From positions 320,001 through 384,000 of the forward strand of contig CAVTMK010000001.1 of assembly GCA_963735805.1 (NCBI GenBank): a stretch of 64,000 nt of DNA, in the 5' to 3' direction. This document shows positions 19,147 through 30,449 of this stretch, piece after piece. The notes under the pieces were generated by a model, which saw only the letters and a program-made list of their open reading frames with translations, was not told the origin of the DNA and did no database searches. Within the stretch, counting starts at the first letter, position 1; the number at the start of each line of letters is the position of its first letter. This stretch comes from an uncultured Verrucomicrobiae bacterium (GTDB lineage Bacteria; Verrucomicrobiota; Verrucomicrobiia; Chthoniobacterales; UBA10450). The position numbers were made by a program, and so were the translations under genes.

Positions 19147-19449
19147 AAACGCGATCGCTCCCTGATTAATCTTTGTGCAACAGATAGCCGTTGCTGAATT
19201 TCGCTTCGCTAGGGCCCCGTAAAATGCATGAAACGTATTAGAGCGCGTGTGAAGAATGGTGTAGCCGCCTCAGAGTCTACTCGCCGTGGCGAGTGTCGAG
19301 TCTTCTATCGCACTTGGCTTACTCGACTCGGCAAAAGTTAAGATTAGGCGCCAGAGCCGCGTCGGCTGCCAACGCGTTGAGGAGTCGCCGCGGCGACCGT
19401 TCCACCTTTATTGATTTGGGCAGTTCTGTAAGTTCTACATCAATCTCTT

Positions 19450-19842
19450 ATGCAACTTGAAGGAATTGATCATGTAGCTCTCGGTGTGCGCGATATCGAG
19501 GAATCGGTGAAATGGTATGTCGAAGTCCTCGGGTTCGAGCGGCTTCACGAAGGCATGTGGAATGGCGTCCCTACTTTTATCGGCAAAGGAAATACCGGGC
19601 TTGCGTTGTTTCCTGCGAAACCGGATACAAAACCGACATCGTCAAGTCACCGCGAACTCCGGATGCTTCACCTCGCTTTTCGGGCGAACTGGGAAAATTT
19701 CCTCGCAGCGCAGCGCGAACTGGAAAAGCGCGGTATCAAATTTGAATTCCAAGACCACGAAATTTCGCACTCGATCTACTTCCGTGATCCAGATGGACAT
19801 CACCTGGAGATCACAACTTACGAGCTGCCCGAGTCGTCCTGA
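19450..19842 (+). CDS. VOC/glyoxalase family protein
   Basis: IDHVALGV, HLAF and IYFRDPDGHHLEI motifs. Confidence 0.9.
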   Translation: MQLEGIDHVALGVRDIEESVKWYVEVLGFERLHEGMWNGVPTFIGKGNTGLALFPAKPDTKPTSSSHRELRMLHLAFRANWENFLAAQRELEKRGIKFEFQDHEISHSIYFRDPDGHHLEITTYELPESS

Positions 19843-19844
19843 CT

Positions 19845-19922
19845 TGTCGTGTCGAGCGAAGTCGAGACATCTCTTAAATTCCCGACGCAGTTAGAGGTTC
19901 CTCGATTTCGCTCGGAACGACG
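19845..19922. repeat. CGTC/TGTCAT-type REP doublet between convergent genes
   Basis: TGTCGTGTCGAGCGAAGTCGAGACATCTCT ... AGAGGTTCCTCGATTTCGCTCGGAACGACG. Confidence 0.85.
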
Positions 19923-19948
19923 AACTGGGAGGACAGCGGCGCTACTGT

Positions 19949-22945
19949 TTAGGCCACTCGTCCGCAGCAGTTTTTGTATTTCTTGCCGCTGCCGCAGGGG
20001 CACGCTTCGTTGCGACCAACTTTTGGTATGGAACGTCGGACCGGGAGATCGATCGATACTTCCCCCGCTCCCTCGCCATCTCCCGCCGCGACTCCCGCCA
20101 TTGCGCCAACCGGCTGACGTATGCGTGCGTCGGCGCTCGCGGTGGGCGCGGTCGGTGCGTGTTCGCGCATCAAGAATTGCGGCAGCGTCGCCAGGAAATT
20201 CTCGAATGCCTGCAAGTTCGACGTGCTGCGGAACAAATTGTTTAGCACTTCGTTCTTAATGTTCGCCATCAACTCGACGAACATGTCGTAGGCTTCGGTC
20301 TTATACTCGATCAGCGGATCTTTTTGAGCGTAGCCCCTGAGATAAACGCCCTCGCGTAATGCGTCCATGGCGTACAGATGTTCCTGCCAAAGCCGATCGA
20401 TTGCGTTGAGAATGATATAACGTTCCAGGCTTTTAACCGCCGTGGGCTCTTCGTAGGCTGATTTGCGCTCGTAAGCGTTCTTGATCTGTTCAACCAGGAA
20501 CTGCGAATTTTCATCGACAGTGCGGGTTTCGAATTGCGCTTTCTCCTTACCCAGGCCGAGAGGAAAAGTCGTATTCACCCAATGGACAAGACCAGTGTAG
20601 TTGGGTTCGTCCACGTCGAGATATTCCTTCACCTTGGCCGGAACGGCTTCGTCGATTACTTCAAAGATCAGTTTGCGCGGCTCCTCGGAATCGATCACTT
20701 CGTTACGATAGGTGTAAACGACTTCGCGCTGCATGTTCATCACGTCGTCGAAATCGAGCGTACGTTTCCGAATCAGATAGTTCCGTTGCTCCACGCGTTT
20801 CTGCGCGGTCTCGACCGATTTATTGAGCCATCGATGCTCGAGCTCCTGACCTTCTTCGAGACCGAATCGTTCCATGATTTTCGTCATGCGATCGGCTGCG
20901 CCGAAATTGCGCATCAGGTCGTCTTCGAAACTGACATAAAACCGTGATGCGCCAGGGTCGCCTTGACGCGCGCAACGTCCGCGTAGCTGTCGATCGATTC
21001 GGCGAGCTTCGTGCCGCTCGGTCGCAATTACCTTCAAACCGCCGAGCTCTGTTACGCCTGGGCCGAGTTTAATATCTGTACCGCGACCGGCCATGTTAGT
21101 TGAAATAGTCACGGTGCCCGGTTGCCCGGCGCGCGCCACAATCTCGGCCTCCTGCATGTGAAATTTCGCGTTCAACACGTTGTGCGGAATCTTCTCGCGC
21201 TTCAGCATCCGACTCAGTAACTCGGAAGCTTCCACACTCACGCTTCCAACCAGAACGGGCTGGGTTTTCGCATGAGCTTCTCTGATCTCCCTGATGACAG
21301 CGTTGTATTTTTCGCGGCGCGTCTTGTATATGCGATCGTTGAAATCGGTGCGCCGCACCGGGCGGTTGGTCGGAATGACGTTGACATCGAGTTTGTAAAT
21401 GTCGTGAAACTCTGCGGCTTCAGTCTCGGCCGTTCCAGTCATTCCCGCCAGCTTCTGATAAAGTCGGAAATAATTTTGAATAGTGATGGTCGCCAACGTT
21501 TGGGTCTCGCGATCGATCTGGACGCCTTCCTTCGCTTCGACAGCCTGATGCAACCCGTCGCTCCAACGTCTTCCCGGCATCTTACGGCCCGTGAACTCAT
21601 CGACAATCACCACCTTATTTTCTTCAATCACGTACTGGACATCCTTCTCGAATAAGCAATAAGCGCGCAGGAGCTGTGAGATGTTGTGAATGCGCTCTGC
21701 TTGCGAGTCGCAATGTTGCTGGCGCTCTGCTTTTCGCTTGTCCTTCTCCTCCGGCGTCAGTGCCCGATCGAGATCGATCTCGGTGAATTCACTGATCAAA
21801 TCCGGGAGCACGAACGAATTCGGGTCATCCGGATTGAGAAAACTGCGCCCTTGCTCGGAGAGATCGGCTTCGTTCGATTTTTCGTCGATCGTGAAGAAGA
21901 GTTCTTCCTTCAGTTGAAATAGCTCTTCCTTGCGCGTGTCCTGGAAAAATGAAAGCTCGGCTTTATCGACAGCACGGCGCTTGTCCGGGTCTTCCATCAT
22001 GCGCAGAAGCTGCTTATTGCGCGGTTGACCAAGTTTCACTTTGAACATGAGACGTCCGCCGATCTCGACATCGCCCTGATCAAATTTCTCGATCGCTTCG
22101 CTGGCGATTCGGTTGCAGAGCATGTTTTGCTTACGAACTAACTGCTCGATGAGCGGTTTCCATTTATCGTACTGATGCGTCGAGATCGTCGCCGGACCGC
22201 TGATGATGAGCGGCGTCCGCGCCTCATCGATTAGAATGGAATCGACTTCGTCGACAATGGCGTAGTGATAACCGCGCTGGACTTGTTGCTCGCGGGTCGT
22301 GGCCATGCCGTTGTCGCGCAGATAATCGAAACCGAACTCGCTATTCGTTCCGTAGGTAATGTCCATCGCGTATTGCTCGCGACGCTCGTCCGGCTCCTGA
22401 TCGTGTTGGATGCAGCCAACTGTGAGCCCGAGGAAATTATAAAGTTGGCCCATCCATTCCGCGTCGCGCCGGGCCAGGTAATCGTTCACCGTCACCAGAT
22501 GCGCGCCGCGGCCGGTGAGGGCGTTCAGATAAAGCGGCAAAGTCGCTACTAAAGTCTTGCCTTCGCCGGTCGCCATCTCCGCGATTCGGCCCCGGTGCAA
22601 AACGATTCCACCGAGCAACTGCACATCGAAGTGCACCATGTCCCAGACCATGGGCTGATCGCACACGGTGAAGCTGTATTGTCGCTCCTTCAGCCGGCGC
22701 GCCGCGTTTTTCACGACCGCAAACGCGTCCGGCAAGATTTCATTCAGCTTCTTCCATTGATCCTCCAGCTGCGGAATCTTGGAAAGCTCTTCCTTCCACG
22801 CCGCGGTCTTGGCGCGCAACTCGTCATCGGACAAGCTTTTGAACTGTTCATCCAACTCGTTCGTCTGGCGCACAATCGGCGCAAGCCGCCTAAGCTCGCG
22901 CTGATTTTTCGACCCGAGAATCTTCTTTAGAATCCAACCAACCAT
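19949..22945 (-). CDS. secA: Preprotein translocase subunit SecA
   Basis: [35 protein letters not shown] and C-terminal SEC-C ([13 protein letters not shown]). Confidence 0.98.
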   Translation of the reverse strand: MVGWILKKILGSKNQRELRRLAPIVRQTNELDEQFKSLSDDELRAKTAAWKEELSKIPQLEDQWKKLNEILPDAFAVVKNAARRLKERQYSFTVCDQPMVWDMVHFDVQLLGGIVLHRGRIAEMATGEGKTLVATLPLYLNALTGRGAHLVTVNDYLARRDAEWMGQLYNFLGLTVGCIQHDQEPDERREQYAMDITYGTNSEFGFDYLRDNGMATTREQQVQRGYHYAIVDEVDSILIDEARTPLIISGPATISTHQYDKWKPLIEQLVRKQNMLCNRIASEAIEKFDQGDVEIGGRLMFKVKLGQPRNKQLLRMMEDPDKRRAVDKAELSFFQDTRKEELFQLKEELFFTIDEKSNEADLSEQGRSFLNPDDPNSFVLPDLISEFTEIDLDRALTPEEKDKRKAERQQHCDSQAERIHNISQLLRAYCLFEKDVQYVIEENKVVIVDEFTGRKMPGRRWSDGLHQAVEAKEGVQIDRETQTLATITIQNYFRLYQKLAGMTGTAETEAAEFHDIYKLDVNVIPTNRPVRRTDFNDRIYKTRREKYNAVIREIREAHAKTQPVLVGSVSVEASELLSRMLKREKIPHNVLNAKFHMQEAEIVARAGQPGTVTISTNMAGRGTDIKLGPGVTELGGLKVIATERHEARRIDRQLRGRCARQGDPGASRFYVSFEDDLMRNFGAADRMTKIMERFGLEEGQELEHRWLNKSVETAQKRVEQRNYLIRKRTLDFDDVMNMQREVVYTYRNEVIDSEEPRKLIFEVIDEAVPAKVKEYLDVDEPNYTGLVHWVNTTFPLGLGKEKAQFETRTVDENSQFLVEQIKNAYERKSAYEEPTAVKSLERYIILNAIDRLWQEHLYAMDALREGVYLRGYAQKDPLIEYKTEAYDMFVELMANIKNEVLNNLFRSTSNLQAFENFLATLPQFLMREHAPTAPTASADARIRQPVGAMAGVAAGDGEGAGEVSIDLPVRRSIPKVGRNEACPCGSGKKYKNCCGRVA

Positions 22946-22977
22946 GTGAACTCGTAATATCGGTCAGATTTCCGATC

Positions 22978-23085
22978 TGTCATCCCGAACGAACGTGAGG
23001 GACCTCTCAACTGGTGCTGGATCACGCTAGGAACCCCCGTGTGTTCACCGGCGCAGCGTAAGATCCTTCGGTCCGCCAGGATGAC
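22978..23085. repeat. CGTC/TGTCAT-type REP doublet
   Basis: TGTCATCCCGAACGAACGTGAGGGACCT ... AGATCCTTCGGTCCGCCAGGATGAC. Confidence 0.75.
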
Positions 23086-23143
23086 CCACCGCTTTGGCGT
23101 TGTGTGCTTTGTGCCAGTTGAATTTCCAGTTACAATCGCACCC

Positions 23144-23557
23144 ATGAAGAAAATCATTTCCACCAGCGAGGCTCCGGGCGCGATTGGTCCTTACTCGCAG
23201 GCGATTCGCAGCAGGAGCTTCCTCTTTTGCAGTGGGCAAATTCCGCTCGACCCAAAAACCGGCCAGATCGTTGCAGGCGATATCGCTGCGCAGACCCGAC
23301 GCGTACTCGACAACATCGGAGCCGTATTGAAAGCGGAGCACCTCACTTTCGATCATGTCGTGAAGACGACCATTTTCCTCACAAACCTTGGCGATTTTCA
23401 AACCGTTAACGAAATCTATGGCTCGTATTTTAAACAGGATCCCCCAGCCCGTTCCACCGTTCAGGTCGCGGCGTTGCCCAAAGGCGCAAATGTGGAGATC
23501 GAAGTGATTGCCATGGTCGATGATAGTGGACAAACTGCGTATGACACGTCTGGGTAG
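23144..23557 (+). CDS. ridA: RidA family enamine/imine deaminase
   Basis: APGAIGPYSQA, SGQIP, PPARS and LPKGANVEIE motifs. Confidence 0.92.
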   Translation: MKKIISTSEAPGAIGPYSQAIRSRSFLFCSGQIPLDPKTGQIVAGDIAAQTRRVLDNIGAVLKAEHLTFDHVVKTTIFLTNLGDFQTVNEIYGSYFKQDPPARSTVQVAALPKGANVEIEVIAMVDDSGQTAYDTSG

Positions 23558-23578
23558 ATCGACGATGACCAGGCATAA

Positions 23579-23643
23579 TTGTAGGGCGTTCGCCGCGGCG
23601 AACTCCGCCGCTCCAGTGAGCGTTTTACAAAAACGCCCTACAA
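23579..23643. repeat. GTAG-type REP doublet
   Basis: TTGTAGGGCGTT ... AAACGCCCTACAA inverted ends. Confidence 0.8.
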
Positions 23644-23644
23644 C

Positions 23645-24212
23645 ATGAGCGACTATATTCTCGCACTTTTCCGTAAAACAGGTGCGCTGTTGGATGGTCA
23701 CTTTATTTTGCGCTCTGGCTTACATAGCCGCGAGTACTTCCAATGCGCTTTGCTTCTTCAGGACACGGAAATCGCAGCCAAAGTCTGCGGATGGCTCGCG
23801 GACAAACTTCGTGAATTTGAGTGTAACACGGTGGTCTCCCCTGCCCTCGGCGGAATCATTGTCGGCCAGGAGGTCGGCCGCTCGTTAGGCAAACGCCACA
23901 TCTTTGTCGAAAAAGACGAGGGAAAACTTGTCCTGCGCCGTGGTTTTCAAATTTCGTCGAATGAAAAATTTGTCGTTGTCGAAGACGTGGTGACGCGCGG
24001 CGGACGCGTGCAGGAAACAATCGACATCGTACATAACCATGGAGGAGTTGTTTCCGCAGTCGGCGTGATCGTCGATCGAAGTGGTAGACTCAAAACCGAA
24101 TTTCGGCTGTCCGTTTGTGAGCCTCGTCGAGATGAGTGTTGAGAACTTTTCTGCAGACAATCTGCCACCTGATCTCGCGAAGATCCCTGCCGTTAAGCCT
24201 GGAAGCAAATAG
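23645..24212 (+). CDS. pyrE: Orotate phosphoribosyltransferase, with a +1 frameshift near 24083-24095
   Basis: GHFILRSG, VVEDVVTRG, VDRS; the +1 frame continues KPNFGCPFVSL...IPAVKPGSK to TAG at 24212. Confidence 0.9.
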
Positions 24213-24220
24213 CTGCCGGC

Positions 24221-24377
24221 CTGTAACTACGGGCCTCTGGCCAGTCGTCGACTATTGGGAAAGCGTGTGTTTGAGAAACGGCCCGCAGGGCCGTGGCTAC
24301 AGCGCGCGTAGGTTGTATGGCGTTTGTATGAAACGCCGATTCCATAGGTTCGTCGTGTGACACAAACGCCTCTACAA
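24221..24377. repeat. Two adjacent GTAG-type REP doublets
   Basis: CTGTAACTACGGGCC...GGCCGTGGCTACAG and TTGTATGGCGTTT...AAACGCCTCTACAA; the second supplies the stop codon of the yyaL-like gene. Confidence 0.8.
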
Positions 24378-26600
24378 CTTTAGCAAATCGCCGAGTTGCT
24401 TCGGATCGGTCACTGGTGCTTTACACGTGAAATTTTCGCAGACGTAGGCGGCTGGTTTCCCATCGATGAGCGACATGGCGCGAATGGCCTCATTTTTCTC
24501 GCCGAGATATTTTTGGCCTTCAGCCCCATCCGCGAGAACCAGGACTGTTTTCGGCAAGAAATGCCGGTTCGTCTCTTTGAGCAACGCTTTCGTTTCAGGC
24601 GCATTCCTGGTCCCTGCAATCACGATCTGGCGCGGCTTGCTTAACGAGTAGTCCAGCGCGACCAGCATTTGCGGCATGGCGCTGGGGAAGTGCGAGAGCG
24701 TCGTCGCAAACGCGTCGATCGTTTTTCGCCCGCGGTCCGTCATCCCTTTGTCATCACGAAATTGCGATAACCGCAAAAGATTCAAGGCCGCGACTGAGTT
24801 CGCAGCTGGCTCCGCGCCGTCATTGTCGTCTTTCATGCGGAGAAAGACGTTCTCATCCTTACCGCTGGTGCTGAAATAGCCGCCGTTCTTTTCATCGAAA
24901 AACAAGCGGTCCTGCACGTCCTGCAATTGGACCGCGAATTTCAACCACTCCACATCGGATGAAGCTTCGTAAAGATCGAGAAAACCCTGGATAACAAATG
25001 CGTAGTCGTCCGCAAAGCCTTCGATATCGCTGCGTCCCCCGCGATAGTTGCGATAGACCAATTTGCTCTTTTCTTCATAGAGATTTGTTCTGAGGAATTT
25101 GGCCGCGCGGTTTGCAATTTCCAGATAGCGAGGTTCGTCGAGCGCTCGCGCCCCACGGGCATAAGCCGAAATCATCAGCCCGTTCCAGGCAGCAATGATT
25201 TTGTCGTCGAGATGAGGTCGCGGTCGTTTCGCGCGAATGGAAAATAGTTTCTCGCGACATTGCGCGAGTAATTGTCCAATGTCTTCCTCGGTTTTCCGAA
25301 AGTGTTTTGCGGTTTCCACAATCGCGTGGCGTTCGATCAAAATATTTTGGCCACGGAATTCATCCTGGGGATCGCTTCCTTCCGGCGCATTTCCGTGTGC
25401 CTGCACACCATAATGAAAATCAAAAATCTCGGCGGCATCGCCCAGCGCGGCATCGATTTCTTTTTTTGTCCAGATATAGAATGCGCCCTCCTTGGTTTCG
25501 GGATGGGCGCGGTCGGCGTCCGCGGCGACAACGGGGCTGTCGGCATCTTCGGCGGAGAAAAAGCCGCCTTCCTTGGATATCATGTCACGGGCTACGTAAT
25601 CGAGAATGTCGCGCGCCACCTCTTCGTATTGCCGATCCCTGGTAATTTGGAATGCATCCATATAGGCGACGGCCAGTTGTCCTTGGTCGTAAAGCATCTT
25701 TTCGAAATGCGGCACATGCCAGTAACGATCGACTGAATACCGATGAAATCCGCCTCCGATATGATCGTGCATTCCGCCTGCGGCCATCTTGCGTAGCGTA
25801 AACAGAGCGATTTCGAGGGCGTGTTTGCCTGACTCGCTCTTGGGATCACGCGCATAAAACCGCGTTAGAAAATTGAGTGTCACCGGTCGGGGAAATTTTG
25901 GCGCATTGCCGAAACCGCCCTCCTTCGGGTCGTAACTACGCTCGATCTGCCGGTAAGCAGCCTCCAAAATCGGCGCATCGATTTTGCCTTCGACCTTTCC
26001 GGCTGACTGAGATTCGCGCAGCGCGTTAACGATCTTCCCGCCCTGCTCGACAATTTTGTCGTGATTCTCCTTCCAAGCCGTTGCGATTCGTTCGAGCACG
26101 GTTTTGAAAGCCGGCTGGCCGTAGCGGTCCTCAGGGGGAAAATAGGTTCCGCCAACGAATGGCTTCAGATCAGGCGTCAACCAGACACTCATCGGCCAGC
26201 CGCCTCCGCCGGTGGTTGCTTGCACAAAGGTCATGTAAACACGATCAACATCGGGACGCTCTTCCCTGTCCACTTTGATGTTCACAAATTCGCGATTCAT
26301 GATCGCGGCGATCTTCTCGTTCTCGAAGGATTCATGCGCCATCACATGGCACCAGTGACAGGTGGAATAGCCAACCGAGAGAAAGATCGGTTTGTTCTCG
26401 CGGCGCGCCTTGGAGAATGCTTCCTCGCCCCATGGATACCAATCAACAGGGTTATGCGCGTGCTGAAGAAGATAAGGCGACTTCTGCTGCGCAAGACGGT
26501 TCGTGTGCTCGGGACGTGCAGGCTTGGGTTCGGCTAATGTGTCGTTCGATGTCACCAACCACGTTAATGCGAGAAACCCAAAGCGGAAGGAAGTTATCAT
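24372..26600 (-). CDS. Thioredoxin-domain-containing protein (YyaL/SPATA20, DUF255)
   Basis: [31 protein letters not shown] and RPHLDDK motifs. Confidence 0.95.
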   Translation of the reverse strand: MITSFRFGFLALTWLVTSNDTLAEPKPARPEHTNRLAQQKSPYLLQHAHNPVDWYPWGEEAFSKARRENKPIFLSVGYSTCHWCHVMAHESFENEKIAAIMNREFVNIKVDREERPDVDRVYMTFVQATTGGGGWPMSVWLTPDLKPFVGGTYFPPEDRYGQPAFKTVLERIATAWKENHDKIVEQGGKIVNALRESQSAGKVEGKIDAPILEAAYRQIERSYDPKEGGFGNAPKFPRPVTLNFLTRFYARDPKSESGKHALEIALFTLRKMAAGGMHDHIGGGFHRYSVDRYWHVPHFEKMLYDQGQLAVAYMDAFQITRDRQYEEVARDILDYVARDMISKEGGFFSAEDADSPVVAADADRAHPETKEGAFYIWTKKEIDAALGDAAEIFDFHYGVQAHGNAPEGSDPQDEFRGQNILIERHAIVETAKHFRKTEEDIGQLLAQCREKLFSIRAKRPRPHLDDKIIAAWNGLMISAYARGARALDEPRYLEIANRAAKFLRTNLYEEKSKLVYRNYRGGRSDIEGFADDYAFVIQGFLDLYEASSDVEWLKFAVQLQDVQDRLFFDEKNGGYFSTSGKDENVFLRMKDDNDGAEPAANSVAALNLLRLSQFRDDKGMTDRGRKTIDAFATTLSHFPSAMPQMLVALDYSLSKPRQIVIAGTRNAPETKALLKETNRHFLPKTVLVLADGAEGQKYLGEKNEAIRAMSLIDGKPAAYVCENFTCKAPVTDPKQLGDLLKL

Positions 26601-26641
26601 GACGCGACGCGCTACGCCGCAACCAGTTTACATACCGTTCT

Positions 26642-26741
26642 TGTCATTCCGAGCCAAGTCGAGGAATCTCTGGCTGTTTCCGGCGGATGCCTCGACGGCG
26701 TTCTTGTTAAACCGAGAGAGTTCGACTGCGCCAGACATTAC
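26642..26741. repeat. CGTC/TGTCAT-type REP with a degenerate partner
   Basis: TGTCATTCCGAGCCAAGTCGAGGAATCTCT. Confidence 0.75.
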
Positions 26742-26746
26742 AACGC

Positions 26747-27484
26747 ATGGATAGCACGCATTTCGTTCTTTTATTTCTTGCGATCGGTCTGATCGCATTT
26801 CTCTATTCATCGGTGGGCCATGCCGGTGCGTCGGGCTACATCGCAACCATGACGTTGTTCGGGCTCGCACCGAATGTTATTCGACCAACCGCGCTTGTGC
26901 TCAATATTTTGGTAGCCTCTATCGGCACGTATCAGTTCTGGCGAGCCGGTTATTTTTCGTGGAAGTTGTTTTGGCCGTTCGCGCTGCTATCCATTCCGGC
27001 AGCATATCTCGGCGGCTATCTTCAGCCGTCTGCTTCCGTGCTTCGAATCTTGATAGGCGTTGTGCTGCTTTTTTCGGCAATCCGGTTGATCTTTCGGCGA
27101 GGCGACCCACCGCAGACGATCCCCCCTTCGCGGCCGGTTGCAATAAGTGCAGGTGCAGGGCTTGGGTTTCTTTCCGGTCTGACTGGCACCGGCGGCGGAA
27201 TATTTCTCACGCCCCTGTTGCTGTTTTGTAAGTGGGCGCACATCCGCCAGGCTGCAGCCGTTTCGGCGCTGTTCATCTGGGTGAACTCAATCGCCGGTCT
27301 GGTTGGATACTTCACAAAAGTTCGTTCAATTCCTTCGCTCGGTCTGATGCTCGCCGCAGCCGCGATCATTGGCGGCACTGTGGGCTCGCATTTGGGCAGC
27401 AGGCGTTTTGCTGTCCGGGTGATTTCGCTTTTCCTCGCGACGGTGCTTCTTATCGCCGGAATGAAATTGATTTTCACGAGGTAA
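26747..27484 (+). CDS. Sulfite exporter TauE/SafE family protein
   Basis: YSSVGHAGASGY and SGLTGTGGGIFL motifs; about 8 TM segments. Confidence 0.9.
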   Translation: MDSTHFVLLFLAIGLIAFLYSSVGHAGASGYIATMTLFGLAPNVIRPTALVLNILVASIGTYQFWRAGYFSWKLFWPFALLSIPAAYLGGYLQPSASVLRILIGVVLLFSAIRLIFRRGDPPQTIPPSRPVAISAGAGLGFLSGLTGTGGGIFLTPLLLFCKWAHIRQAAAVSALFIWVNSIAGLVGYFTKVRSIPSLGLMLAAAAIIGGTVGSHLGSRRFAVRVISLFLATVLLIAGMKLIFTR

Positions 27485-27495
27485 CGTGGCTCTGC

Positions 27496-27568
27496 TTGTA
27501 GCCGTCTCGCTGCGTCGAGGCGAATTGCCCATCATCCACGTCATGCTGGCACAGCGCTGTGGTTAAAG
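27496..27568. repeat. Degenerate GTAG-type REP doublet
   Basis: TTGTAGCCGTCTCGCTGCGTCGAGGCG ... GCACAGCGCTGTGGTTAAAG. Confidence 0.55.
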
Positions 27569-28033
27569 CAGCTTCAGTTTTGGCGCGGTTTCCGGTGACC
27601 ACGGATTGGTCTTGTAATCGGATTCGACGATGCGATCGGCGCACCCGCACAACAGCTTACAAAATGCGGCAACATCCAGTCCGTGATGTTGCGGAGCGAA
27701 CCGGGACAGATTCCTCTCCGCGAGCCGGAATAGACGAACTGCAGGAGACAGCCGCCTGCTATGTTTCGCATGCAGTGGGTGCTCGAATCGCTTTTGGAGA
27801 TGAACGAAAGCCCCCGCCGCCTGAATCAATCCTTTGAAATAGTCTGCATCGGGTGATTTGGTCTTGAGCCAAAGCTGCTCGAGCACATCATGCGCCTCGT
27901 AATAACGTTTTTCATTCCAGCAATGGAAAAAGGCGCGATAGAATGGATGTTTCACGATGTCTTTCTGGTCCGGCTCGGCATTTTCAACACCCAACCCGAC
28001 TACGAACCGCGAAATCCTCTCGCCTTTGTTCAT
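27563..28033 (-). CDS. DUF309 domain protein
   Basis: YYEAHDVLEQLW and KGLIQAA motifs. Confidence 0.85.
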   Translation of the reverse strand: MNKGERISRFVVGLGVENAEPDQKDIVKHPFYRAFFHCWNEKRYYEAHDVLEQLWLKTKSPDADYFKGLIQAAGAFVHLQKRFEHPLHAKHSRRLSPAVRLFRLAERNLSRFAPQHHGLDVAAFCKLLCGCADRIVESDYKTNPWSPETAPKLKLL

Positions 28034-28161
28034 GAAGGCCTTAATTTGCTCACGGCTCAGACGATGAGCAAACCAGCGCGCACCAGTTTTCCCGCGGCGC
28101 AACACTGCCCGCCTCGCGGGGCCGACTTCTCGCAGCCAGTCTGGCTGTGCGGATACAAGAA

Positions 28162-29430
28162 ATGACCGCTGTCACCCTGGCCATTCTGCTGGTGGTCGTC
28201 TCGGTCCTAATTTTCTGTTCTGCTCTCTTTTCCGGAGTGGAAACAGCGCTTTTTTCACTCAAGGCATACCAATTGCGTCGTCTGGAAACAAATCACGAAA
28301 GACTCACGAAATTCATTCAATTTTTCCGGGAAAATCCACGCCGTGTCCTGAATGTCCTCCTGCTTGGTGATGGACTGGTGAATGTTCTGTTAATCGTACT
28401 GTGCCTTTTTTTCTTGTGGGAAGGTCCGCTCGCGGCGCGCATTCCCCAGTGGGCGGTAGCGCTTGTCATATTCGCAGTCATTGTACTGCTTTGCGATCTA
28501 ATCCCGAAGCTCCTGGCGCTTTCGGCACCCTACCGACTTTCAACGATCGGCGCCTTCGCGTTGCAAATATCCATGCCGGTTCTGGACCGTATCGGACGCA
28601 GCCTGGAGAGCGTCAGCGCCTACGTCGTCGATCTTCTCACCCCTTCGCGCTTGCGCACTCGAGCGCGCTTAAGCGACGAGGAATTAGAGACTCTGATCGA
28701 GATGAGCGAGGAGGAAGGCGCCTTGTATGAAGGCGAAGCCGAAATCATCCAGGAAATCATCAAACTAGGCGATAAAACCGCAAAGGACTGCATGACACCG
28801 CGTGTCGACAGTTTCATGCTGCCGGATGATTTGACGAATGAGGAAGTCATCGAGCGCCTGAGAACGAACCGTTACCGGCGTGTTCCGGTGTACGCCGATA
28901 CGCCCGATCAAATTCTTGGGATCATCGATGTGAAATTGTTTCTGCTCGCCCCCTCAGAGCATTACACCGAGAAATTAATCGCTCCGTCCTTCGTCTCCGA
29001 GACGATGGGAGCGTTGGAGCTCCTCAAGCTCTTTTTGTCTCGTCCTCAGGGAATGGGCGTCGTGGTTGATGAATTTGGAGGCATCGAAGGCGTCATCACG
29101 ATGGAGGACATCGTGGAAGAAATCCTTCGCGATGTTGTGCCGCGTGACGATGTCGCTCTTTATATCGAGCCGCTCGGCAACGGCAGGTTTCTTGTTAGCG
29201 GTAACGCGCGCCTGGACGATCTAAGCGAATATCTCGGTTTTCAAATCGATGCCGATGGAATCGACACGATCGGCGGATTTGTCTTTACGAGGCTGGGTTA
29301 TTTGCCTTCCTCGGGCACGAAATTGGAAATCCCAGGGCTTGTAATTACGGTGCGCCGCGCAGGCCGCAAGAGGATTGAGGAAATTTTGTTGGAGAAGACA
29401 ACTCCGAAAGCTTTCGACGCAGCGGCATGA
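28162..29430 (+). CDS. Hemolysin-family CNNM/CBS/CorC domain protein
   Basis: FSGVETALFSL, MTPR, VVDEFGG and a C-terminal CorC domain. Confidence 0.9.
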   Translation: MTAVTLAILLVVVSVLIFCSALFSGVETALFSLKAYQLRRLETNHERLTKFIQFFRENPRRVLNVLLLGDGLVNVLLIVLCLFFLWEGPLAARIPQWAVALVIFAVIVLLCDLIPKLLALSAPYRLSTIGAFALQISMPVLDRIGRSLESVSAYVVDLLTPSRLRTRARLSDEELETLIEMSEEEGALYEGEAEIIQEIIKLGDKTAKDCMTPRVDSFMLPDDLTNEEVIERLRTNRYRRVPVYADTPDQILGIIDVKLFLLAPSEHYTEKLIAPSFVSETMGALELLKLFLSRPQGMGVVVDEFGGIEGVITMEDIVEEILRDVVPRDDVALYIEPLGNGRFLVSGNARLDDLSEYLGFQIDADGIDTIGGFVFTRLGYLPSSGTKLEIPGLVITVRRAGRKRIEEILLEKTTPKAFDAAA

Positions 29431-30392
29431 TAATCGGCTTAAGCATTTTTTGTTGCTGGATTGTTTCGTTCTTTTTCAACGGAATTGAAAGCGGCCTGCT
29501 TTCGATTGATCCAATTCGACTGCGACAAAACGTGAAGCGGCGCGTGCCGGCAGCCGTGCGATTGAATCGCTTGTTGAAACAGCCTGAGCGATTGCTGGTG
29601 ACCGTCCTACTGATCACGAATGCGGCCGATATACTCGGTCTGTTCCTGTTAACGTACGAGTTAGTCCGGTTATGGGGCTATGCCGGCTACTTTCTCTCTG
29701 TGGCGATCGCGCTTCCAGTCTATTTGTTTTTGCTTTCTGTTCTTCCGAAATCTCTTTTCAGGCGATTCCCGTTTCGTGCGCTCGCTCAGCTTGCCGGCAT
29801 ACTCGAATTCGCGTCGCTCTTGTTCTCGCCATTGCTCGAGCTCGGTGCGCGATTCGGCAAGCTGCTCCTGCCGGAACGCGCGGCTCGGCGTGCTCGGCTC
29901 TTTGCCGGGCGCGAAGAAGTAAAACAGATCACCGAACAAAGTGAGCGCGAGGGCTCCCTCACTGCTACGGAACGCGCGATGATTCATAACGTGGTGGATT
30001 TCCGAAGCGTCAAAGTAAGCGACGTCATGTTGCCGTTGGCCCAAGTCGTCGCGTTGCCATCGAGTGCGTCGCCCCACGAAGCAGTGGAGCTAGGCGTTTC
30101 TTCCGGCCTTGATCGTCTGCCTGTGATCACACGCAAAGGCCAACCCGCCGGGTTGGTCAACGTTCTCGATATCTTGCTCGATCAGAATGGAAGCAACTCG
30201 CTGGATCATTATGTCCGGCGGATCGTAACGACCGGAGAGGAAGAATCCGCCTATCGAGTGGTACAGCAATTGCGCGCTGCGCGGCTTGGGCTTGCGGCTG
30301 TCCTCGACCGAAAGAAAAATTTCCGCGGGATCGTAACGATTGAGGATTTGATTCGGCGGCTTATTTCTTCAAGCGAGGCACGGGCTACCTGA
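29427..30392 (+). CDS. CNNM (DUF21)/CBS domain protein
   Basis: FFNGIESGLLS, LPKSLF and a CBS pair; translationally coupled to the upstream paralog. Confidence 0.88.
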   Translation: MIIGLSIFCCWIVSFFFNGIESGLLSIDPIRLRQNVKRRVPAAVRLNRLLKQPERLLVTVLLITNAADILGLFLLTYELVRLWGYAGYFLSVAIALPVYLFLLSVLPKSLFRRFPFRALAQLAGILEFASLLFSPLLELGARFGKLLLPERAARRARLFAGREEVKQITEQSEREGSLTATERAMIHNVVDFRSVKVSDVMLPLAQVVALPSSASPHEAVELGVSSGLDRLPVITRKGQPAGLVNVLDILLDQNGSNSLDHYVRRIVTTGEEESAYRVVQQLRAARLGLAAVLDRKKNFRGIVTIEDLIRRLISSSEARAT

Positions 30393-30449
30393 TTGGCGCT
30401 TCAACCGCTTGCTTTTGAGAGGGAATTCTTTACGGGACCCAGGATTAAT

